Below, in pieces: positions 1 to 7,781 of a stretch of DNA of 24,885 bases. Every line of letters starts with the position of its first letter. Position 1 is the stretch's first letter. The position numbers and the translations under genes were made by a program. This DNA comes from an uncultured virus (IMG/VR IMGVR_UViG_3300027743_000024). Its lineage: Duplodnaviria; Heunggongvirae; Uroviricota; Caudoviricetes. The stretch lies in IMG/VR virus record IMGVR_UViG_3300027743_000024; one strand, 5' to 3'. The notes below the pieces were generated by a model, which was not told the DNA's origin, did not search any database, and worked only from the letters and a program-made list of their open reading frames with translations.

Positions 1-48
1 AAAAAGAGATATAAATATAGTTTACAATACACAATTAAATAAAAAGAA

Positions 49-1230
49 ATGGAACAAAATTTAATATTAGACATTAATAGGATTTCTAAGAAACTTCTTG
101 TTAATGATATTTTCTATGGTTTGTTTTTGACAACAATAGAGAAAAAAGAATCAAAAGATGTGCCATTGGCTGCTGTTGGTCTTAATAAGAATACAATGGA
201 ATTCTGTTTAATAATTAATCCAGAAGAATGGTTTAAGCTTACAGATGAGATTAAGTTTGGTGTATTAAAACATGAGGCTATGCATTTAACAGCATTCCAT
301 TTAATAACTATGGATTTATATCCAAATGCTAAAATGGATAATATTGCTTGTGACATTGATATTAATCAAAAGATACCAAAGCAATATTTGCCAAAATGGG
401 GATGTTTCTTGGAAGAATTCCAAACAAAATATCCACTATTAAATTGGCAAGAAAATGCTGGTAGAGCTCATTATTACAAAGAACTTGGTAAATTATCTGA
501 AGAAGAAAAAGAGGAGATTGGTATTGATGAAAAATCACAGCATAAATGGGTTATAGTTGATGGTAAAGGTAAGCCATGTAATGGTGAATTAACTGATGCA
601 ATGAAAGATGCTATTAGAGTTCAGGTTGAACACACTATTGAGAATATAGCTGAAGAGATTCAAAAGTCTCAAGGTAATATTCCTGTAGAAATTGATAAAT
701 TGATTAAAGGATTTGTTAAGCCTAAGCCTAAGTTTAATTATGCCAAATATATCAAGAATTTTGTTGGTAATTCAACTAAATACATGATTGGATCAACTAA
801 GCTTAGAGAGAATCAAAGATTCCCAGGACAGCCTAAAATCATATTAAAACCAGTATCTAAAATGCTTGTATTGATTGATGAGTCAGGTTCTGTTTCAGAA
901 AAAGAATTGTATGATTTCTTAAATGAAATTCATCACCTATCTAAGAAAACTGATATAGAAATTAGACCATTTGACACTGCTGTAATGGATCCTGTTAAAT
1001 ATTCTGGTAAAGGATCATTTAAAAGAACTAATTGTGGTGGTACATCATTTACAGCTGCTGTTGATTTTTATAATAAAACCAAATACAATTCATGTATTAT
1101 ATTTACAGATGGATTTGCAGAAACTCCTCCAGTATGTAATAAGCGTTTATTATGGGTTATTAGTTCTAATGGTGATGAATCTCCTATAAAAGATCATGCA
1201 ACATGGATTAAAATCCCTCAAGAGAATTAG
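49..1230 (+). CDS. Metallopeptidase (HExxH) + VWA domain protein (DUF2201-like), partner of the MoxR-type ATPase
   Basis: N-terminal LKHEAMH zincin motif followed by NIACDIDIN. C-terminal VWA MIDAS motifs IDESGS, GGT and IFTDG. Confidence 0.88.
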   Translation: MEQNLILDINRISKKLLVNDIFYGLFLTTIEKKESKDVPLAAVGLNKNTMEFCLIINPEEWFKLTDEIKFGVLKHEAMHLTAFHLITMDLYPNAKMDNIACDIDINQKIPKQYLPKWGCFLEEFQTKYPLLNWQENAGRAHYYKELGKLSEEEKEEIGIDEKSQHKWVIVDGKGKPCNGELTDAMKDAIRVQVEHTIENIAEEIQKSQGNIPVEIDKLIKGFVKPKPKFNYAKYIKNFVGNSTKYMIGSTKLRENQRFPGQPKIILKPVSKMLVLIDESGSVSEKELYDFLNEIHHLSKKTDIEIRPFDTAVMDPVKYSGKGSFKRTNCGGTSFTAAVDFYNKTKYNSCIIFTDGFAETPPVCNKRLLWVISSNGDESPIKDHATWIKIPQEN

Positions 1231-1231
1231 G

Positions 1232-1247
1232 TGTCTTAGTTAAGACA
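1232..1247. promoter_or_regulatory. 16-bp near-perfect palindrome TGTCTTAGTTAAGACA, possible operator or parS-like site
   Basis: TGTCTTA-gt-TAAGACA inverted repeat in the short intergenic gap before the ParB-like gene; no U-tract follows. Confidence 0.35.
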
Positions 1248-1290
1248 TTGATTAAAATAAAATAACATAGTTATAAAAACAACTTAAAAC

Positions 1291-2019
1291 ATGAAAATTA
1301 CACAACATCCTATAATTGATATTAATGTATCAAAAGCTTTAGAATTGCCATTCAATAGACCTAAAATTGAGAAACAAATAAAAATCATAGGTCAATCTGT
1401 AGTTTCAGTAGGAATTCTTAGAACTCCTGTATTTGTAAAAACAAAAGCTATAACTGGTAGATATGAATTATATAGTCTTGATGGTCAGCATCTTATAGAA
1501 GCCTGCAAAAGACTTGATGTTAAAACTGTTAAAGGCATAGTTGTAGAAACAGATTCTATTAGTGAAATGGTAAAAATGATGTCATTACTTAATAATGTAA
1601 ACCAAAGATGGACTCTCATAGATTATGTTAATTCATATTGTGGTACAGGTAATGCTGACTTCTTTGCATTAAAAAACCATTCCATTACTAATGGATTTAC
1701 TATAGCTATATCAGCTAGTATTCTTAGTGGAACTAATGTTTCAGGTGCAGGGTGTAAAAGTATTAAGAATGGTACATTTAAAGTTAATGCTGTTGAGCAA
1801 GATGTTATTACACAAAATCTTATTGATGTATCTACATTGATTAATACAACTAATGCCAAATTTCATAGAGCATATCTTAATTTTTATAGATCACTTGGTA
1901 GCACTTATAATCATAAGAAAATGATAACTAAGATTCAAGCAAGCAAAGAGTTTGCTAAGTTACCACATGATCAAACTTATCTTTATGATTTAATTCACAA
2001 AACATATACAGGTAAATAA
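1291..2019 (+). CDS. ParB/Srx N-terminal (DGQHR-like) domain protein
   Basis: FNRP...GILRTPVFV...SLDGQHLIEACKRL fits the ParB-N pattern NR...G...PI.V...DGQHR..A, with R replaced by L. Confidence 0.7.
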   Translation: MKITQHPIIDINVSKALELPFNRPKIEKQIKIIGQSVVSVGILRTPVFVKTKAITGRYELYSLDGQHLIEACKRLDVKTVKGIVVETDSISEMVKMMSLLNNVNQRWTLIDYVNSYCGTGNADFFALKNHSITNGFTIAISASILSGTNVSGAGCKSIKNGTFKVNAVEQDVITQNLIDVSTLINTTNAKFHRAYLNFYRSLGSTYNHKKMITKIQASKEFAKLPHDQTYLYDLIHKTYTGK

Positions 2020-2020
2020 C

Positions 2021-2308
2021 ATGAGCGTTGACATAGAAGTAGAAAAACAAACTAATATAGATGAACTTATAAAAGAACTAATAGAACCTAGTAAGGCAAT
2101 TATATTATACAATGATGATATAAATACTTTTGAAAATGTCATAGACTGTTTGATTAAATATTGCAAACATAATAATGAGCAAGCAGAGCAATGTGCAATG
2201 CTTGTTCATTATAATGGTAAATGTGATGTAAAAAATGGTTCATTTGATGATTTACTTCCTATTTATACAGCATTATTAGATAATAAATTAAAAGTTATAA
2301 TAGAATGA
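2021..2308 (+). CDS. clpS: ATP-dependent Clp protease adaptor ClpS
   Basis: IILYNDDINTFENVIDCL...EQAEQCAMLVHYNGKCDVK; NDD and VH N-degron pocket residues present; resembles Bacteroidota ClpS. Confidence 0.93.
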   Translation: MSVDIEVEKQTNIDELIKELIEPSKAIILYNDDINTFENVIDCLIKYCKHNNEQAEQCAMLVHYNGKCDVKNGSFDDLLPIYTALLDNKLKVIIE

Positions 2309-2601
2309 GAAATAAATATGATGCTTATTATTATAATCCTAACAAAAAATTAATGAGTTCTAAATTTGTAATAAGTTCTAAGAATATGATTCTTAGAAAA
2401 TTAGATATGGATAGAAGAACAAGTATTTTATTGTATGATTTAGTTAAATTATTTATTAATGATTGCCATAGGTTTAAATGGGAAATAGATGATATTGAAT
2501 CATTTAAATCAATAATTAATGATTTAATTTATTCTCATGATAATGATAATTTTATTATTTGTATATTAATGATTAAAAATCTTAAAAGAAATGAAAAATA
2601 A
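2305..2601 (+). CDS. Hypothetical protein with C-terminal L-x-x-S-x-D-x-x-N motif
   Basis: ATGA overlap with clpS; contains NDLIYSHDNDNFIIC. Confidence 0.65.
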   Translation: MRNKYDAYYYNPNKKLMSSKFVISSKNMILRKLDMDRRTSILLYDLVKLFINDCHRFKWEIDDIESFKSIINDLIYSHDNDNFIICILMIKNLKRNEK

Positions 2602-2998
2602 AAATAAAGTTACTATTGAATCATTAGTTAATGTTATTGAATTATTTGATTCAGAAGATGAAGGCAATAAAGCTATTGCATATTGTTTATTAAATCAGTT
2701 TGATTGGAACACTTCATCTAAAAGACATTTGTTTTATTGTGAATTGTTTTGGTATGCATACACTGGGTGTTTTATTACTAACAAAGATGATTTATGCTAT
2801 AATCTTGAGAGAACATTTTCAAACAAGGTGTTAAAGAAATTTAAAGGATTTAGAAATTTAAGCAATAGATCACCAGAACCAATTATAGAAGGTCCTATTT
2901 ATTTAACAGATAATATGCAAGATAAAGCAAAAAGATTTTTAAAAAAGTATTTGAATTATGAAAAAAGTAAGTATTATTCAATAATTAATAATTTTTAA
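2591..2998 (+). CDS. Hypothetical protein with N-terminal L-x-x-S-x-D-x-x-N motif
   Basis: Overlaps the previous ORF; IELFDSEDEGNKAIAYCLL resembles segments of ORFs 6143 and 6951. Confidence 0.7.
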   Translation: MKNKNKVTIESLVNVIELFDSEDEGNKAIAYCLLNQFDWNTSSKRHLFYCELFWYAYTGCFITNKDDLCYNLERTFSNKVLKKFKGFRNLSNRSPEPIIEGPIYLTDNMQDKAKRFLKKYLNYEKSKYYSIINNF

Positions 2999-3002
2999 AT
3001 AT

Positions 3003-3569
3003 ATGATAACAGATTTAATAGCAAGACAAATAAGTTTTATCAAAAGCAAAGGTTATAGTGCTAGAGCGTATTCAAATTATGAGGTTAAAGTGACATTTAA
3101 CTTAGCATTGCCAATGTGGTGTAATGATCTTGACTTAATAACACAGCCTAATCATGCAATTCTATATGCCACAAATAGAAAAAATAATATTCCAAGGCAT
3201 TATGTTACATTTTTTAATAAAGATGAAGGTTATCCAGAAGTTAGTAACAATAAGTTTCTACAAATTAGTAGAATTTATAATATAAATGATTGGATTAAAT
3301 CTGGAGAAAACTATTTACATACATTAACCAATGATAGAGCTGATGTATTTAGAGAAATAGAATCTAATATTATATTAAAGAAAATTGGTGACCTAACTGG
3401 TCAATGGGATAGACTTACAAGTGGCAAGTTTAAGAATCCTGATCCTACATGTGATTCTAACTATGGAGCTTCTAAATTTTCTTCTAAATATTATGAGGGA
3501 GTTGTTGCAGAATTAGATTGCGATAAAGTGGTAGATCCAAGTGAATTAGTAGAACAAGTGATATTTTAA
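3003..3569 (+). CDS. Hypothetical protein
   Basis: 188-aa ORF tightly packed in the operon; no motif recognised. Confidence 0.7.
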   Translation: MITDLIARQISFIKSKGYSARAYSNYEVKVTFNLALPMWCNDLDLITQPNHAILYATNRKNNIPRHYVTFFNKDEGYPEVSNNKFLQISRIYNINDWIKSGENYLHTLTNDRADVFREIESNIILKKIGDLTGQWDRLTSGKFKNPDPTCDSNYGASKFSSKYYEGVVAELDCDKVVDPSELVEQVIF

Positions 3570-3597
3570 ATTAATAATTAATAATAAAAAAACAAAT

Positions 3598-4261
3598 ATG
3601 AGCAAACAAACACAACACAAACCTTCAGAGGTTTTGAATATTTTAAAAGATTTAATTGAAGCAAATGATAAACTTATGGCTAATGGACAATTGCCAGTAA
3701 GTGTGAGTATTATTGGTACTCACGGGATAGGTAAATCAACTATATGCAAGGAAGTTGCAAATGATTTAGGTCGTGGATTCTTCAAATTAAATTTAGCTCA
3801 ATTAACAGAACCAAGTGAGTTACAAGGTTTCTATTTAAAGGAGTTTAAATTGACAAAGATTGATGGTGATTTAACTAAAGAGTCTTGGGTAACTGAGAAT
3901 CTTATACCAAAATTTGTAGAAGATGGTTGGTCATATTCTACAGTTGTTAGAACAACATCATGTCCTCCAGACTGGGTTATTAACCTTCAACCTAATTCTA
4001 TTCTATGTCTAGATGATTTTAGTAGAGGTAATAGTTTGTTTTCACAAGCAGTTATGGAATTAGTTAATACTAATGAAATGATTGGTTGGGATTTGAAAGG
4101 TAAAAACATTCAGATTATCCTTAATGAGAATCCAGACAATGGTGAGTATAATGTATCATCTTCTGATGCTGCTCAAGGTGATAGGATGGCTAAGATTAAT
4201 ATGATATGGAATGCACAAGATTGGGCTGCTAGAGCAGAGAAAATAGGATTAGATGAAAGGT
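3598..4261 (+). CDS. MoxR-like AAA+ ATPase, exon 1 (spliced product predicted at 407 aa)
   Basis: Walker A GTHGIGKS, Walker B LCLDDFSR, sensor-1 LNENP, Arg finger DAAQGDR. The in-frame TAA at 4267 lies inside the intron. Confidence 0.88.
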
Positions 4262-4537
4262 TAAATTAATTAGCCGTTTTTAGTAGTAATACTAATTATT
4301 ATAAGTGGGCAAAAACGGTGAACCCTGAAATGGGAATACCGTGCTAAATTTAAAGAATAATATCTTTAAATCAGTGTAACGCATAGTAGATGAATCTCAT
4401 ATAAAGAGAATATAATTCTACCAAGAGTGTCCGCCAACCTATTAGGTTGAAAATATATGCTGAACTTACAAGAAGATGAATTGTAAGAACTAGAGGATAA
4501 AAAGCCTTTAGGGTAACAAAAGATTAAATTAAAATTA

Positions 4538-4554
4538 TTGGCATGATTTTTGCT
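4538..4554 (+). promoter_or_regulatory. Sigma-54-like -24/-12 promoter upstream of the homing endonuclease
   Basis: TTGGCATGATTTTTGCT versus consensus YTGGCACGNNNNTTGCW: one mismatch, exact spacing of GG(4540-41) and GC(4552-53). Confidence 0.55.
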
Positions 4555-4562
4555 ATAGATAA

Positions 4563-5501
4563 ATGATGAAGTTATTTCAAGATTACAAGAATTTTCCTAA
4601 AACTAGTGGTATTTATAAAATTACCACCTTACATAATAATGAATTTTATATTGGTTCTGCTTTATCTCTTAGAAAGAGAATGAAAGACCATATAAATGAT
4701 TTAAAAGGTAAGAGACACTTTGTCAACAGATTGCAAAGAAGTTTTGGTAAATATGGAGAATGTGATTTTACAGTGGAATTTTTATTCATTTCACCTAATA
4801 ACTTTAAATTAAATTCAGATAAACATAGAAAATTAGTTGTTTTAGAAGAAGTTCTAATTAATAAATTAGAAGCTAAATATAATACAATTAAGACTCCTAC
4901 AACTCAAATTAATAATCCTTCTACATCAAAAATTGTATATCAATATGCAATGAATGGAGAATTTATTAAAGAGTGGTGTAGTAGTATGGAAGTTCAAAGA
5001 ATATTAAATATTCAACCTCAAAACTCATTAAAAGATCTAAATAGATCTGCTGGTGGTTTTAGGTGGAGTAATACAAAATATACTAAACTTCCTAAATATA
5101 AGGCAAATCAAGGTAATTATTGTAGTAAGCAGATAAGTATATATGACTTATTTGGTACTTTAATAAAAACCTTTGATTCCATTACAGAATGCGCTAAAGA
5201 AATATTTCCTGATATTGAATTGAAGAAATCAATCCAAAATATTAGAAAATATAGTAAAGATAGCAGAGTATTGAATGGTTATAGATATGCTTTAGGTAAT
5301 GATTTAAAATTGGATAATTCTATTAATTTAAAACATAGAATCAATTTTATAGTATTACAATATGATTTAAAAATGAATTTTATAAATATATATGGTACAT
5401 TACAACTTGCTCAAAAGGCTACTAATGTAAAAAGTATATATGATAATTTATCTGGTAAAACTAAACAAGCAGGAGGCTTTGTTTGGCAAAAATTACAATA
5501 A
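4563..5501 (+). CDS. Intron-encoded GIY-YIG homing endonuclease with three NUMOD1-like repeats
   Basis: SGIYKI...FYIGSA..LRKRMKDH. Repeats VYQYAMNGEFIKEW, SIYDLFGTLIKTF and LQYDLKMNFINIY, ending in AGGFRW, NGYRY and AGGFVW. Start may be 4566. Confidence 0.93.
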   Translation: MMKLFQDYKNFPKTSGIYKITTLHNNEFYIGSALSLRKRMKDHINDLKGKRHFVNRLQRSFGKYGECDFTVEFLFISPNNFKLNSDKHRKLVVLEEVLINKLEAKYNTIKTPTTQINNPSTSKIVYQYAMNGEFIKEWCSSMEVQRILNIQPQNSLKDLNRSAGGFRWSNTKYTKLPKYKANQGNYCSKQISIYDLFGTLIKTFDSITECAKEIFPDIELKKSIQNIRKYSKDSRVLNGYRYALGNDLKLDNSINLKHRINFIVLQYDLKMNFINIYGTLQLAQKATNVKSIYDNLSGKTKQAGGFVWQKLQ

Positions 5502-5517
5502 TGATAATTAATCTCTG

Positions 5518-6077
5518 TGATTAATTTTGTTCTTTGGGCTCCTGAATTGCTTGAGGCTAAGAAATCTGAAGGCATATCAGCAAGTAACAATGTTAGTCCA
5601 CGTATGATGGATAAGTTCTTTGGTCTTGTGTCAACAATTGATGATTTGGAATCTAATTTAGATAAAATATCTACATTTGGTGATATGACAGTTGGTAAGG
5701 ATGTAACAAGTCAGTTGATTAACTTTGTTAATAAGAAGCTTGATAAATTGCCTTCTATTGATGATTTGATTAAGAAGTATGATGTTCCAACATCTAAGTC
5801 TCAATTAACTGCATGTTGTGGTGATAGTGAGAAAGATTCTGTAAACTGGAAATCTGCAACAGCTGCTATCCTCACTACAAGGATGTATAACTATATGAGA
5901 TATAATCAAGCTAGTATTACTAAAGATAATATTAGACAATATCTTGAATTAGTATTGCACCCAAGCTTTAGTGTTGATCAGAAATATCTAATGGTTAAAC
6001 AAACTATTAATATTTCTAATACATTTGCTATGGTGTTATCTGGTGATCCAAGATTCTTAAAATTCATGACAAAATAA
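5518..6077 (+). CDS. MoxR-like AAA+ ATPase, exon 2 (helical lid and C-terminal domain)
   Basis: INFVLWAPELL...VSPR (sensor-2-like) continues exon 1 in frame after splicing. The GTG 'start' at 5517 is the 3' splice junction. Confidence 0.85.
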
Positions 6078-6086
6078 TTATAAATT

Positions 6087-6127
6087 ATATGCGCATAAGT
6101 TGGAATTTCTCCTTCTTATGCGTATAT
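6087..6127. promoter_or_regulatory. Intergenic hairpin (13-bp stem), possible processing or regulatory site
   Basis: ATATGCGCATAAG(6087-99) pairs with CTTATGCGTATAT(6115-27) with one G.U; no U-tract follows. Confidence 0.55.
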
Positions 6128-6142
6128 TATAAACCCCTCATA

Positions 6143-6967
6143 ATGAAAATAGTAGAAACAGGAACAAACAAGTATATAGATCAACAACTATTTGATCATA
6201 TTAATTCAATATGGCTTAATTTTGATGTTGTAATTAATAATGATAGTAATCTTTTATTTGCAAAGAATACAACAGTTAATAGACTTATAACAGACTATTC
6301 AGGAACTGGAATTAGTAGAGTTATTAAGGTGGAAAAAGCTGATTATGTTGTTATAAACAGATTTGTATTAAGTTCATATCCACAATATTTTGATGGAGTT
6401 AACATAACAACAGATGATACAAAAGAAGTTGTTTATGGTATATACAACATGAGTGTTGAGGTTCAAGATGTAATTGAATTAATTTTAAATTTACATTTAA
6501 ATGGATCTAAAGCAATATTTGTAAATCAAAATAAATTAAATGAAAGATTGAACAATGGTTTTGTAATTGATAAAGAAAATTATATAACTATTAAAGAATT
6601 GGTTGACAGTGAACATACTGACAATCATATGCTTGCAGCTAATATGTTAATTCAAAGTGATTTAAAACAAAATTGGCAATGGATTCTTTATCTATATCAT
6701 AATTCTTTTTCAAAATTATCAAACTTTGATAATAAAAATATTATATATAATTATTTTTCAACATTAAATCTTGGAAATACATTAGGATCTTTTTGTAAAT
6801 CAATGGACTCATCATTATCTATTATTACAGATGAAGATGTTAAAATTAGAATGATACATATAGTTAAAGAAAAATTTGAAAGAAATATACGAAAATATTT
6901 TGATGAAATTGGAACAAAAAAGTTTAAATTAGATGATTTTAAAATAACATATGATGCTAGCAAATAG
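6143..6967 (+). CDS. Hypothetical protein, paralog of 6951-7781
   Basis: Likely start ATG 6143 (MKIVETG), downstream of the hairpin. Shares EKADYVVI, ELVDSEHTDNHMLA and the C-terminal KEKFE...KLDDFKITYD pattern with the next ORF. Confidence 0.75.
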   Translation: MKIVETGTNKYIDQQLFDHINSIWLNFDVVINNDSNLLFAKNTTVNRLITDYSGTGISRVIKVEKADYVVINRFVLSSYPQYFDGVNITTDDTKEVVYGIYNMSVEVQDVIELILNLHLNGSKAIFVNQNKLNERLNNGFVIDKENYITIKELVDSEHTDNHMLAANMLIQSDLKQNWQWILYLYHNSFSKLSNFDNKNIIYNYFSTLNLGNTLGSFCKSMDSSLSIITDEDVKIRMIHIVKEKFERNIRKYFDEIGTKKFKLDDFKITYDASK

Positions 6968-7781
6968 ACCAGAAAATAAAACACCAGATGAATATTGGCA
7001 TAAATATGATGCTATTGAATTAGATGCATTCTTTGATTCAATTAATTTTGAAACAGCTAGCATATCAAACATGTCTTTAAATTTAAGAGATAGTGGTGGT
7101 ATTTCTCAAGATAAATTAAGAGAAGCTGGCTTTAAGATTAAAAGAAATAAATTTGAAGCAGATATTATAGTTATTAGTGATATTAGATTATTAAACTATC
7201 GTTATTCTTATGATAATAAAGAATATGTTTTTCATGGTAGTATTGGAAAAAAAATTAATGAATTTATTGATGAAATTATATTTGATGAGCAAAATGCTAA
7301 GATTCCATGTAAATATATATTATTAAAAGATCTTTATAAGTATATTTATAAATACACTGGAGATTTTGATTTGTATAAATCATGTGATGAATTGTTTGAT
7401 TCTAATGATGATAATAACTCTAAAATGGCAATGGAATTTATTTCTAATGCAAATTGGACTGGTAATGAAATATATCTTAAGGAATTATTTAATAATTACT
7501 ATGACACTAGAATGAGAAGAAATCAATATAAGACATCAATATCTTTTAAGGGTTTTTTAAATTCATTAGATTTTGCTTATAAATATGTTAATTATTATCA
7601 AGCTGCACATTATGCTAAAGATTGTATTAATGATGAACATCACAATTTTGTTTATGATAAATTTAAAGAAAGATTTGAAGAATCATTGAAAGGATTGACT
7701 CAAAGTTATAAAATTAAAATAGACAAAATTGAATATTCAATTGATAAAAGAATAACTGATGATGATGAAGACACTGTATAA
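6951..7781 (+). CDS. Hypothetical protein, paralog of 6143-6967
   Basis: FEADIIVI, ELFDSNDDNNSKMA and KERFE...KIDKIEYSID occur in the same order and at similar spacing. Confidence 0.75.
   Translation: MMLANRPENKTPDEYWHKYDAIELDAFFDSINFETASISNMSLNLRDSGGISQDKLREAGFKIKRNKFEADIIVISDIRLLNYRYSYDNKEYVFHGSIGKKINEFIDEIIFDEQNAKIPCKYILLKDLYKYIYKYTGDFDLYKSCDELFDSNDDNNSKMAMEFISNANWTGNEIYLKELFNNYYDTRMRRNQYKTSISFKGFLNSLDFAYKYVNYYQAAHYAKDCINDEHHNFVYDKFKERFEESLKGLTQSYKIKIDKIEYSIDKRITDDDEDTV

Larger units (their letters stand above)
4262..5517 (+). mobile_element. Group I self-splicing intron (1256 nt) with homing endonuclease ORF
   Basis: U4261.G4273 wobble in P1. P3 GTGGGC(4305-10)/GTCCGC(4429-34), P4 ACGGTG(4315-20)/TACCGT(4337-42), P7 GCATA(4381-85)/TATGC(4456-60), P8 CAACCT/AGGTTG and P9 stems. 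Terminal G5517 and a 10-bp P10 (4263-72 with 5518-27). Splicing restores the frame as DER-L-INF. Confidence 0.92.

Noticed and set aside
445..459. TGGCAAGAAAATGCT sigma-54-like site
   Set aside because: GG-GC spacing is one base short and it lies mid-gene.
3598..6077. ATPase as a pseudogene or two separate genes
   Set aside because: The group I intron structure and in-frame splice junction explain the split.
6089..6142. N-terminal extension MRISWNFSFLCVYYKPLI
   Set aside because: It is a translation of the intergenic hairpin; ATG 6143 matches the paralog length better.
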